Shown: positions 1-11,570 of the stretch, piece after piece
Numbering within the stretch: the stretch's first letter is position 1
Layout: every line of letters starts with the position of its first letter
Translations under genes and position numbers: made by a program
The notes under the pieces: model-generated
Database searches by the model: none
Told to the model about the DNA's origin: nothing
Seen by the model: only the letters and a program-made list of their open reading frames with translations
Source of the DNA: Camelus ferus
Lineage: Eukaryota
DNA: 64,000 nucleotides
Assembly (NCBI RefSeq): GCF_009834535.1
Contig: NC_045696.1
Span: 13,890,001-13,954,000, forward strand
Direction of reading: 5' to 3'

Positions 1-431
1 CCTGCCTCCGAGGTTAGCTTTAGGTGAAGTTATTCTTCTGCCTTTGAGTGATGCAAAAATGTGAATTTGTTTCTGAGTTCCTCCACTTCTCCCATGGGTA
101 CTGAAGTTGTGATAATATGCCACTGAGATGTGCTAAATCATTTTTGATGATGGTCACAGATGACTGATGACGTTGATGGCAACCAGCTTATCTATAGAGT
201 TCAACCAGTTAAAATGGGCGCATGTTCAACATCACTGACATAATACGTCCTGCAGACTGTCATCCTGGCTCTGTTTCATTCACTCATTTATTCAGTAAAC
301 TTTTATTGAGGATTTACTACTTGCATGATTCTGTTAGTCAACATTCGTTGTATTCATTGAAAATATGACAAGGGTAAACAAACAGTGCTAATTAACCAAA
401 ATAGTACTAAAAATTTTAAATAGTGACTTTG

Positions 432-489
432 TAATTAACAAAAAATAAGCATATATAATGTAATAAACAAAAAATAAGCATATATAATG
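432..489. repeat. 29-bp tandem duplication (TAATWAACAAAAAATAAGCATATATAATG x2)
   Basis: 432-460 and 461-489 differ at one position. Confidence 0.9.
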
Positions 490-834
490 CTGGCATTGTA
501 TAGGAAATAATCAACTCTATTGATTTTGAAATCTATTTAAAAAGAGTGAAAGAATAGAAAATATTTCCATGGGTTTTGAAGATTAAGAGAGATATGGCAT
601 TCCTTCTAGAGGTACTAGACTGTATCAGAGCTCAGTTCTGCACAATGTGTTCCGGAAAATAGGAGTAGGTAGCATTGACGGAGGGCATGTTGGTGGAGTG
701 TGTGTATAGGGGGTGGTGAGAAGAGGGACTGGGAGAGGGTGAAGGTAGGCTGCAAAGAATCTTTAACATTATATTAAGGAGACTTTATTGGGAAGGGGGC
801 TTCTTTCAGGTTTAAATGTGTCTCATTTAGAAAA

Positions 835-1355
835 ACACCAGCTGCAAGTAACAGAAATAGTAATTCAAAATGGCTTAAGTAATACCGTTTATTAGCTCAT
901 GTTTACTGAGGTCCAGAAATAAGATGGTCAGGGTTCTGTTCCTCGGCATTTCTCCTGGCTTTACTCTCTTCCATGTGATGGTTCAATTTTGAGGCCGTAT
1001 GCAAGATGCATGTAGTATTCTACATATAATATGACAAAAATCCAGAGGAAGACATGATTGCTTCAAAAAACTCCACAAGAAGAACTCTACCAGAAGCACC
1101 TCTCCAGATCACTCCTTGCTTCTCATTGATTTGAGTCAGATCACATGCTCCATTCTGAACCATTCACTTTCAATGGGGATTGGGGAGCCCCTGGGCTAGC
1201 CAGATTCAATCCTGAAACTCGGGCATAGCCACATTCATATAAAGGGCTGGTTAGGGGTGGATAAGAGGGGATACACAAGCAAAATCCAGTTCCTGTGGGA
1301 AGAAGAGGGAGAGAAAAGCTATTGTGAGGGCGATGAACAATAAGCTGCCCACATC
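835..1355. mobile_element. Old ERVL-MaLR LTR (MLT1J/K-like), degenerate
   Basis: GCTGCAAGTAACAGAAA...GGCTTAA...TTTATTAGCTCATG and TCTCATTG...TCACATGCTCCATTCTGAACCATTCAC resemble MLT1 consensus as recalled. Boundaries approximate. Confidence 0.6.
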
Positions 1356-2022
1356 CAACTACATATTTCCTTCCCACTTACACATTTCCAAATGTGGATG
1401 CCTGCATCCCCCAAAACAAGAAAACAGTAAACTATCCATCCAGATCATACCCAGTTATCATACCAAGTTACCGTATCGGCTATAAGCCCAAGATGTCAAG
1501 AAGTCCTCTCTCTCAGTCCGTATTTCCTACTCATGATACTGCCGTGTCTCTAGAAGTTCTCAGGAGACTTCCATGAAGATGGATGGCCTTACAGACTGAC
1601 CAAACAGAAGGAGGACTCGAGAGTTAAGCATCAACATAAGAAATGACTCTAAGAAATTGTATTCCTTTTATGATAATAAAATGAATATGTGGTTAATTTC
1701 ATCCATACTTAAGATGTCTGTTTCATTACACAACTGACTGTAGTCAGTTAATACTCATGACCTCAGAATTCCATTACAGCTTGCATAATTCTGTAAAAGG
1801 GTCTCATTAAAGTATTTTTAAAATTTCCTTATCTAGAACAGTCGGTCTGTCACTTGCCGAAGCATCACTACTGTCTCTGGAACTTGTCTTCTTGGATCAG
1901 ACCCATGACTAGTTTAACCAAAGTAAGGTGTCCTGATAAGACGGAAGTGACCTCACACAGAAGAGTTTAGGATCATCTCCTGCCCAGGCTCTGATTCCAC
2001 TTGCCAAAAATTTCAGGGAGAA

Positions 2023-2144
2023 GGGGAGGGTATAGCTCAAGTGGCAGAGCTCATGCTTAGCATGCGCGAGGTCCTGGGTTCAATCCCCAGTGCCTCCTCT
2101 AAAAATTAATAAATAAATAAACCTAATTACCTCCCACCCCCCAA
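2023..2144 (+). mobile_element. tRNA-Ala-derived SINE, camelid Vic-1-like
   Basis: GGGGAGGGTATAGCTCAAGTGGCAGAGC (A box), CTTAGCAT anticodon-like loop, GGTTCAATCCC (B box), then an (AATA)n and CCTAATTACCTCCC tail. TSD AAAAATTTCAGG at 2006-2017 and 2145-2156. Confidence 0.9.
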
Positions 2145-2431
2145 AAAAATTTCAGGAAACTAACTCTGTACTGGCAGATAATTCTACCAACTAGGGAATC
2201 TGTTCCTTAAATTAAATCTTTATTTGTGGACAAGTAACAGTAGGTTTGGAATTTCCAACAGACATCTTTTTCTTTTTTAATTAATAGCAAGATTTGTGAA
2301 CTGATAACAGATTAAAGGAGTTTATTTGAAAGGAAAAAATACCTCTTGTTGCATTTTTAACTAGAGAAGGAAGGAAGAAAATAGAAGAAAACAGAAGGAA
2401 AACAGAATGTGTATTTTATGGGATAAATGAG

Positions 2432-2437
2432 TTTAAT
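2432..2437 (-). terminator. Likely polyadenylation signal (ATTAAA) of the 2562-3053 KRTAP13-like gene
   Basis: Minus strand reads ATTAAACTCATTTATCC, the same context as AATAAA-..CATTTATTC after the 36904 and 48607 copies. Confidence 0.55.
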
Positions 2438-2615
2438 ATTAAAAGGATTGTTTTAATCATCACTCTTCTAGGTAGTAGAATACAAACTCTAGCCAGGTAA
2501 CAGCTGAGATCAACTTTGAGGGAGGTAACGGTGAAGTCACAGACTAGAACCCTTAAGTTGATCAGTAGAAGAGGCCAGATCCACAGGTTGGCTGGTAACA
2601 AGAAGTTTGGCAGCT

Positions 2616-3053
2616 TCAAGAAGCCACATAAATTGGATGGCAGGATCCACGGCTCAGGGAAGGGAAGCCAGAGACTCCAGAACCCAGAGATCCACTGGAC
2701 CCACAGCTTCTGGATCGACAGACCAGGGAGTAGCCTTTGCCAGACCCAGAGCCCAGAGACCCAGCATAATTTGTCCAGCAGGGACTGCAGAACGTGGAGG
2801 TCCTAGGGCAGTAGCAGGATGACTGGCAGGGGCTGGGCACACCATGGGACATCTGGCACCTGGTGGGCTCACAGCAGGTCTCCTGACAGCCACTGTACAG
2901 AGAGGAGCTCAGCTGGCAGGTGCTGGGAGAGCAGAGGTCCATGGTGTAGATCAGGTTGCTGGGGTAGGAGGAGCCACAGGAAGAGCTTGGGTAGTGCAAG
3001 TGGCCCCCAAAGGAGCAGGAGGAGAAGTTTCCAGAGCAGCAGATGTGGGACAT
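2616..3053 (-). CDS. Keratin-associated protein 13-like (PMG family), 145 aa, truncated by a premature TGA; ancestral frame continues to 2562
   Basis: MSHICCSGNFSS...SSCGSSYPSNLIY...CQETCCEPTRCQ is the KAP13 signature. Kozak CACCATG, intronless, TATA upstream. After TGA (2616-2618) the same frame reads SCQTSCYQPTCGSGLFY*. Confidence 0.85.
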   Translation of the reverse strand: MSHICCSGNFSSCSFGGHLHYPSSSCGSSYPSNLIYTMDLCSPSTCQLSSSLYSGCQETCCEPTRCQMSHGVPSPCQSSCYCPRTSTFCSPCWTNYAGSLGSGSGKGYSLVCRSRSCGSSGSLGSGVSGFPSLSRGSCHPIYVAS

Positions 3054-3126
3054 GGTGACAGGAGGTGTGAGTTCAGCTCAGCTGTAGTGAGAAGATACTC
3101 TGATATCCTTGCCTTCTCCCAGCCAT

Positions 3127-3140
3127 GTTTATATATAAAC
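3127..3140 (-). promoter_or_regulatory. TATA box (TATATAAA) of the 3053 gene, inside the palindrome GTTTATATATAAAC
   Basis: About 80 bp upstream of the ATG, the same spacing as in the paralogues. Confidence 0.75.
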
Positions 3141-5939
3141 CCTCACTGTGCTGGATGTGATGCAGACCCTCTCCATTCTTGTGCGTGTTTTATCATGAAA
3201 ACAGCTAATTAACCTAGGCTATAATTGAATATATTCATGTGTTTTCTTAACTGCTGTTCAATTATTCTGGTTTATAGAAGCCACTCTGCTCCTCTCTCTC
3301 TTTTTCCTTCTTCTTCTTCTTCTTTTTTTTTTTTTTTTTTCCAGAAATAAGGTGTGTTCTGTCTCCAAAGACATGGACCATGATGCATGCGGGTAGTGCC
3401 CTCACTTCTTCCCTGAGCGGGATGATGGGGATTTTGTGTGTGACTGTGTAAACTGTTTCTCGTAACAGTCATCATAACCTCCATCTCAGCTATTTATATA
3501 TTTTTTATGAAGCATTTACTCTGTGAAGAACCTTGCAAGCTGTGGGATCATTTGATCCTTGCCACAAGCTTATGAGATAAGAATTATCACTAATTTAGTA
3601 TCCCAGGTGTGACTGCCTCCGAAGCCAGCAGGTATAGCAATGCTGTGCTGACAACTCCAGAAGTTTATTCTTCCAGCTCCCAGAATCATATGAACAATGA
3701 ACACGCAGTTGAAAAAAACATTTTGATGTGATAACATTTGCATTTTATCCGATGTGCCTACCTAGGTTTTCTTATCGCTTCTGTGAAAAACCAAATACAG
3801 TCCCCAAAGAAATAGACTGAATTCTTTTAGTTGTATTTTTGAGCATTCCAAGTTACCATGGAGATGGTTATTTCAAACCACCTTCTATTTACCCTCTCAT
3901 ATAGTTTATCCTCATTAAGCAGCTCATGTTTGATTCCACTTGGCATTATTGAATGCTTTTTCCACGTGAGGCAGAGATTCTTCGGCAAACACGTAGACCA
4001 TCGCTGAGAATAACTGCTAAAAACTGATATACCTTGAGTGAGCTGACTGTCAATGAAACACATTTGCAAAAACTTGAATTTTAATAGTTGCTAACCTTTG
4101 CCAAGTCAGTTGGGAGTGAGAAATGAGACACCTTAGAGAGTGATTCATTTCACTCCCTGCTAAGTTCTCTTTTGCTCATTGTTCTAGAAAGACAAAGCAG
4201 CAAAAAACTTCCCTTCATATTAAGTAGTTAAAATTATCCTCATCACTATAAAAAAATCAATGGTATAAAGAAAAGTCCTGGAATTAGAGATGTCTTTTTT
4301 TGTTTGTTTTTTTTTACTTATTATAATATCCAACATCTGCCTTAAAGCATCTTTGAGAAATTGGAATGCAAAAAGCTATTTACGTAATTTGATCTTTTCT
4401 ACTTGTTTCTCAGATGATTGTTTTCTCTAATCTCCTGTAGTATTTGCTTATCTGGCGCCACTGAAATAGTCTGCCCATTGTTTTGCTTACAAATTTCTGC
4501 CAAATGTCTTGCTTGCTTTCCAAAATTCTTCTCATCCCTCAAAGCCAAAATCGAATTCCTCATACCTGACAGGTGTTCGTCTCACCGCTTTAACTCTTCT
4601 GCAGTAGGTTTTTAGTATCTTAGTAGCAATTCGCTGGGGTGAACGTACACACATGTCATGGAGGGAGTGGAAGGGATGGTCTTTTGAAGAGGATCATGCA
4701 GATGAAGATTTCAGTCATTTGAACTTGCAGGACAGTCACCTATGGGTGAGAGTGGAGTGCATAGAAGTTGTTCAGGATCAGAAACAGGGTTTGATTTTCT
4801 TTGTCACAGCATCTGCCACACAGTGGATGCTCCAAATTATTTATAAAATTAAGGAATATATCAAATCATTGACTTTTGACTTTTACATTCATCTAAAAGA
4901 AATATATGCATGCACACTTATTGTTTTGCTTCTAAAACTTACCTTTAAGACAACATTAAGGGAATATAAATATCTCTTTCATAATTAAATGTAATCCTCA
5001 AATTAATCATAACTAGTTTAGTGCTTGAAGAGACCCTCGATATCTGTCCCCACTTCCACCCCAAGCAAAGTTGCCTTTTACAGTCTCGATCAAATATTAT
5101 TGCTTTCTCTGTCCAACACTTCATGCTCCTCACCTATTCTAATGGTTCTGTTTTCTCAGCCTTGTAAACACAGTCTACATTTTTTAATCCAAAAATGTTA
5201 TGTTAGCATCATTTCCTCCATGATTATATAGATTTTATTTTTAAAGATCGAGTTCTCTAAAGACTTATGTGATCAGCTGGTCAACTCTTTGGTGTCTTAC
5301 TGTCTTTTCAATAACCATATTATTTGTCTCTGGTTTAACACTCTTCTGAGATTCCCCTGACATGTTCAGCAGTGGCCTTTATGTGTCTAAATGTAGTGGC
5401 CATTTTTAGGGTGATGCCATGTGAACATTTAACCACATTTAACACAGGTAGCTGTGTCCTTGACCTTGAAATACGTTTTGCTATGTCCTTCTGTGACATC
5501 ACACTCCTGGCTTTCTGTCTAATTTTCCCCTAATTCCCTTTCACCCTTAGTTGGCTTCCTGTACATAATGTTTCTTGAGGTTTGATGTTGATTTGGCCAA
5601 TTACTCTCTCTGTAGAAGAGGCACCTCCCCTTCATGACTTAAAATACTATCCATATTCCATGCCATTCAAGTGTACACACCTCTTTTTATTAAAATTCTA
5701 GATCAAGATATCCAATTACTAGCCATTTCCACTTGAGGCTTCATAAGGCTGTCAAAATTGCATGTGTATGAAATTGAACTTCTGCCCTTCCATGGTAAGC
5801 AGTATTTTCACCCACACAGTCATTTACCTCAGGAAACTTGGAATCCTTTTAATACAGGGAATGCACTCTAAATGTGACCCTTCTATCCCCTGAATTTCTC
5901 ATAAATCTACCCAGTCCTCTTACTGCCTTCCCTCTGGTC

Positions 5940-6172
5940 TAGGGTTTCCCAGCCTTGTCACCAGTGACGTTTTGGACTGGATAATATTGTGTCATGGGGA
6001 GTATAGTGCTCATTGTACAATATTTGGCAGTATCCCTGGCCTCTTTCCACCAGATGCCAGGAGCACGTCACACACACACACACACACGCACACACACACA
6101 CACACAAGTTATGACAATCAACATCTCCAAAAATTTCTTAGGGGCTAAAGCAGTTCTGGTGAAGAACCACTG
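5940..6172. mobile_element. MER20 (hAT-Charlie) non-autonomous DNA transposon with an internal (CA)n microsatellite
   Basis: TAGGGTTTCCCAGCCTTG...TCCCTGGCCTCT...CCAGATGCCAG...GTTATGACAA...GAAGAACCACTG. Degenerate 8-bp TSD CTCTGGTC/CCCTAGTT. Confidence 0.8.
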
Positions 6173-6344
6173 CCCTAGTTCAAGGTAATCTCCTTTCTCG
6201 GTGGGACTACTGAAAGGGTTCCAACAGAGCCCATCTCATTATCAAAAAATGTCTCCTCCAATCTTTTCTTTCTATACCTGCCTGATTAATCTTCTTAAAA
6301 CAGAAAGCTGATCATATCACTGTCAAGATGAAAACTTTCCCGTT

Positions 6345-6766
6345 CTTTTCTTTTTTTTTTTTTCAGTTTTTCTTTTTTTCAGTTGAAGTATAATCAGTTT
6401 ACAATGTTGTTAATTTCTGGTGCACAGCATGGTGATTCAGTTATACACATATACATATTTATTTTCATATTATTTTTCATTATAGGTTATTATAAGATAT
6501 TGAATATGGTTCCCTGTGCTACACAGTAGGACCTCATTGCTTATCTATTTTATATATAGTGGTCAGTATCTGCAAATATCAGACTTCCAATTTATCTCTC
6601 TCTCCATCTTTCCCCTCCAGTAACCTAAGTTTATTTTCTATGACTGAGAGTCTGTTTCTGTTTTGTAGCAGTTCACTGTGTCATTTTTTTCAGATCCCAC
6701 ATATAAGTGACATCATATGGTATTTTTCTTTCTCTTTCTGGCTGACTTCACTTCGTATGACAATCT
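6345..6766 (-). mobile_element. L1 3' end (artiodactyl/camelid type), 5'-truncated
   Basis: Poly-T, then TTGAAGTATAATCAGTTTACAATGTTG...GATATTGAATATGGTTCCCTGTGCT...CCCACATATAAGTGACATCATATGG. Confidence 0.85.
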
Positions 6767-9700
6767 AATACACGTATGATAAAAACAGAAATCCTCTGCA
6801 TGATCCGCAAGGTTGCACAAACGTGTCCCTGCCCATGTCTCTAATGTCATCTTCACACTCAGACTTTTTCCTTTCTCACAAACACACTGCCTCTGCTCCA
6901 CAATTAGCACAGCTCAAGCTCTTTCTCTTTTTTTTTTTTTTTTCTTAACCACAAGGACATGCTGTTTCCTCTGCCCTGAATGTTCTTTCTTCATCTGGAT
7001 AATTTAGGTAATTAAGCCTTTCCTCACTTTCTAACCACCACATCCCTGAATAAATTAGGTTCCCCTGTTATGATATCTACCATCCCTATAATTAATTTTA
7101 TTATTTTTATAATGTATTTATTTTTTAGACTGTCCTCTAGTACAATCCAGACAAGCTGGTGCACGAGTCTGTACCATCTACCCTGAGACAAATAGTGTAT
7201 TCCAGCTTCTAATTCCTTTGCACACTATTGTAGTTAAAGTGTACTCTCTACACAATTCCTGGAAGATATCTTTGACCTCCGTCTTCCTCTCTTCCCACAT
7301 CTGATCTTGGATAAGCATGCCTTGCTAATTTTTTTTAAATCTGCAAAGCATGTCAAAATCCTTTTCTTTCTGTCCTGCTATAACTCAGCTATTTTGCCTC
7401 TGTTGTGGCAGGTGGTCCCTGGATCCTCTGGCCTTGCCCGTTTCAACTCAATTTCTGACACATTTATCAGAATTTTTTTTTTCTGAAAGTCTATTTTTGT
7501 CCTTTTCAAACTCAAATTCAATTTTCTAAGTATTTCATTTAAGTCATCCTTTGATCTGAACCCCAATTATCTCACACTTGGTGTTTCTATGCCCTAATTT
7601 TATCTTCAGAAGTTACCTGATCACTTCCGCTCAGCTTAAGACTGAAGGCAAAGAAGTAAGTCAGGCGAGACGGTCTTGTTCCAAGAAGCTCAGCGTCCGA
7701 AATGAGTGTCAGAAGGGAAGAGATGAAAGGCGAGGCTGGCGACAGACAGAAGCCAGATGACAAGGGCTCTGTAAGTCGTGTTGGGTGTTTGGACGTTCTT
7801 CAAAGGCCCAAAATATACTGAAAATCAATCACTTTCTTTAGAGCTAATTTAGTGATAAAAGAAGACATCGCCTGTTCTCTTCGGATGGAATGACATGATC
7901 AAACTAATGGAAACCACGCACATTCTTCTTTCTTCCTCTACTTAGTGTGAGGATCTTTATGTTGTACCTCAGAAATAAGTCAGTATGTTTGACTATGACG
8001 TGTTGTCCCACATTTTACCTGGGGTATTGTATTACATACAGTTCATCCATTCTGTTGTCTTTCTAAAACCTAAAAAACTGGATTCCGAAACTTATCTGTC
8101 CCTATTTGCTTAGACAAGGAAACGGGGACGTGTAACAATGAAAAGCCACTGATGATAGGTTAAAAATATGGACCTAAGCAGATCAAATTTGCCTCCTACA
8201 GAGATGACTAACTGCAGCACGAAGAATGGATTGGAGGGTCACATAGCAGTAAGAGTGGACCCCCAGGTTCAGACCCTGGCAGTGTAATTCAATAGCCTGT
8301 ATTCTTAACTATAATGCTTGGCTGCCTCCCATAAAAGTGGTTATTAAAGCTCAACAACATGTGTAAAATGAGATGAAAAGGGGCCCTCGAGTGGTGCTCT
8401 GAGAAAATCTCATGCTTAAGGAATTGGCAGAATAAGAAGCACTCACAAAAGACTGGGAAGGAATAGCCAGTAAAGGTTAAAGAAAAATGGGAGTGTAACA
8501 GAAATTAAGTTAAAAATGCATTATAAATAAAGGAAAGTAGTCAAAAGCATACAATGTTGGAGAGAGGTCAAGTTAGATTTTAAGCATCTCACTATCAAAT
8601 ATTATATATTTATATATGTATCTGTATCTACTGTTTATGTTTTTTTGCTTTTGTTTTTGTTTTATTTGTTTTTTGGTTTTTTTTTTTTTTAATTTGGAGA
8701 TGACCCCAATTTCAATAGCGCCCAGGACACAGATGCTAAAAATAACACTTGTTAAACTAAACGTTCGTGCTCAACTTTCTCAATATCCTAACATGGAATT
8801 TGAAAGCTAGAGGGATTAATTTTCAGGTTAATTCAGCAAGCACACACGTGAATGGTGAGGATGAGGAGGGGACTGAGAAATGACCCTATCCAAAGGAGGC
8901 AGCCTTCACCTGACTCTGGAAAATGAGAAGAATGTAAAGAGCAGATAAGTGACTTTAAAGGACATTATAGGCAATTAAATCTAATCACTTTTGCTCTTCT
9001 TTAAGACCCCCAGCTACTATATGAAGCTGGGTAAAATCTTAACGCCCTTTACATTTGCATACAGTGAATTATTTTTAATCTTGTTTATGTTTTACATAGG
9101 AAATAATAATTCTCTGACTAGAAGTCAGTTTAGACTGTAAGATTTTTCCTACTTATAAAAATGGATTGTTCTAGCACTAGTTTTATAGATTGCTTCTTAC
9201 AAAATCAACAGCCAAAGTTATCAAAATAGTAATTTTTCCTATTAGAAAAATGTAATCCCAGTAAGCCAATAACTCTTAAAAAATCGAAGAAAAATGAATG
9301 TATTTGAATCCCATAAAATGTTAGTTTATTTAAGAACAACATTGCTGTCACATTGTAGGAGACAAGAACACATGAAGAAACCTCATGATTTCTCTTATAT
9401 ATAATTTCTCTTAATATCTGATACATAAAACTTCAGGATAGTTTCCCAATGCTGACTATTCTTTGATTGTGTAATGATGACAGAACCTGTATGCCTCCGA
9501 GAAACCAAGTGGTTGGTGGTCAGTCCATTCCTGGATGTGAGGGGTTGTTGTAGTAAACGAGTATTATTAAAAGCAGCTTTTCATATAGGAGGTTAAAGAG
9601 ACATTAAGCTGATTTATAGAAGCCAGACCTTCAGGCTGGTCTGTGTTAAGTTGGCAGGACATCCCTAGTAGGGAAGTGGTTTGCATAGCAGAAGCTGAGA

Positions 9701-11089
9701 AGAGAATTCAGCTTATGGGAATCACCGGATAGACATTTAAATGTTGGAAGCCACTGAATTCATAGCCTCTGGGAAAAGTCTGGCTTTTGGCTGCTGGAGG
9801 GCTTCTAGAAGTTCTCTAAGAGTCGTTAGAAAGAGACCTATCTTGGAGAGACTGGGAGAACAGAGGCCAATGGGTAGACAAAGTAGCTGAGGTACAAGGA
9901 GCCACAGGCTAAGACTGGGTAGACCAGAATTCTCTAAGAAAGCAGGGAGGAAAGATTCCAGCCAGCAGCTGTAGCATGTTACCACTATACCTAATTAATT
10001 TGTTAGTGGTGTCAGGGACCATCTGAATATTCCCTGCTGGCCTAGAGGGCTTGTCTGCTCTAACCCTGTGGGCGAGATGTTCTTGACAGCCCACTTCAAT
10101 ATCTTCCTATGCTACGATTTGCATAAGAACATCTCCTTAGTGTGTTGTCTAATTTCAATCAAATAAATGAACACTATGGTAAATACGCTTACTTGTATTT
10201 TATAGCTAAAAGCCAGCTTACAGTACTACTTTGGACTTGAGATGGCTGTTGCATACTCAGAACAGTTGGTTATCTTTGCTGGTTTGCGTTGTGATTCCAA
10301 GGGTCATTTACAGGATACGGAGATAGAGCTCTTTTCTTTCCTCCCTGCTTTCTGCATTGTATTTTATGGCAATTCTTTTCTCAGTCGTTCCCGACGTGGT
10401 TTGCCATATTATAAAGCATGTATTTATGTTCAGTAGCAACTGGAATGTGTGATATAAATGGTGCATAAAAGACAATGCTATCATTGCATGATCATGATAC
10501 TTTGTAAGAACTGCATGAATTTTATGGAAAAAATAATTCTGCTTGGCTCTCTTTAGCAACTGGATGGATATGGAATGCCTCATATAACTGGACTTAAATT
10601 ATATTAGCTAAGAAGATGGAGATTTCAGCCCAAATACGTTTAAAAAGTAATCTGCTATCAAATTTACGGCATGTGAATTTTTAATGGCCCCTTAGGGGCT
10701 ACGTTTATAAGCAGTAAAGCAAATACCAAATTATTTTCTTCAAGCACAGTGAAAATTGCTGAACAAATAGAAAGTTTACAAAGCAATGTTACAGATAGTC
10801 ACATTTCCACATTATGTGAAGGTGGACATTATATCTAAAGGTCCTTGATTAACCTAAATATAGGAATGTGGTGGTTTGAAGGGTTGGCAGACACTAGAGA
10901 AGATCAAGAGTTAAAGGCACAGAGAGAAGATTGCCCAGAAGGATCACAGTATGTATAAATGAAACATTAAATATATATACATATATGGAAAGCATAAATA
11001 TATATACACACACATATATGGAAAAGTACACACACACACACATGGAAAAAACATTAAGGAAATGCTGAATTAGTTTACACCCAGAGTGA

Positions 11090-11120
<31 letters not shown>

Positions 11121-11349
11121 TTCAAAGAAATGGATTAAAACATGTTTGTTTACATGTTCATGAGGTTTGGGAGGAAATTGAGTATACTATTGTGTACTTT
11201 AGTGTGTATTCACTAAAGTGGAATTGAGAGGCTAAATAGTTTTAGGCCAAATAAAAGAATATGATGTTAATGACTCATCCAACCAGAGAGTTAGGTTAAG
11301 GGACCCGTATGCATTTATATTTTTTGGATGTAAGTTGCATGCAGTTATA

Positions 11350-11570
11350 GTCTAATAATAGTTAACATTTATAGAGTGATTTCTGTGTTCAAAGAACTCT
11401 TATAGTTGCTTCATATACCTTATCATTTGGACATTTCATATTGTCATGAGGACTTCATAATCCTGGGATGTAAATACTATCATTATTTCTCTTTTACATT
11501 TAAGGAAATTGAATTTTTGAGAGGTTCCACAATATGTACAAGACAGATAGTAAGGGTTAGAGTCGGGGGA
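11350..11570. mobile_element. MIR SINE remnant
   Basis: AATAATAGTTAACATTTATAGAGTG...TTTTACATTTAAGGAAATTGA...GAGAGGTT...GGATTCAAA resembles the MIR core. Similar remnants lie near 12700-12950, 15790-15930, 27570-27700, 29060-29210, 32100-32230, 50100-50250, 55580-55700 and 62560-62660. Confidence 0.55.

Larger units (their letters stand above)
5250..7250. mobile_element. L2 LINE 3' remnant interrupted by MER20 and L1
   Basis: Pyrimidine-rich L2-like phrases (CTTCTGTGACATCACACTCCTGG, ATTTCCACTTG, CTGATCATATCACT, CTCTGCCCTGAATG). Boundaries approximate. Confidence 0.6.

Noticed and set aside
2023..2095. tRNA-Ala(AGC) gene
   Set aside because: It has a SINE tail and a TSD, and a second diverged copy lies at about 24800-24921, so it is a tRNA-derived SINE.
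2616..2618. Programmed readthrough or selenocysteine at the in-frame TGA codons
   Set aside because: The context TGA-AGC is not a known strong readthrough motif, no SECIS was recognised, and the aligned residues are Arg (2616) and Gly (21496). The TGA at a Cys position (42886) is in a multiply disabled copy.
2516..3212. Antisense and alternative-frame ORFs over the KRTAP genes (also 21582-21863, 36881-37324, 42847-43146, 48797-49063)
   Set aside because: Shadows of the GC-rich Cys/Ser codon pattern. Several start at non-ATG codons and none has its own promoter or poly-A evidence.
9550..10090. Possible old LTR-like element
   Set aside because: Composition is suggestive, but I could not identify the family, ends or TSD.
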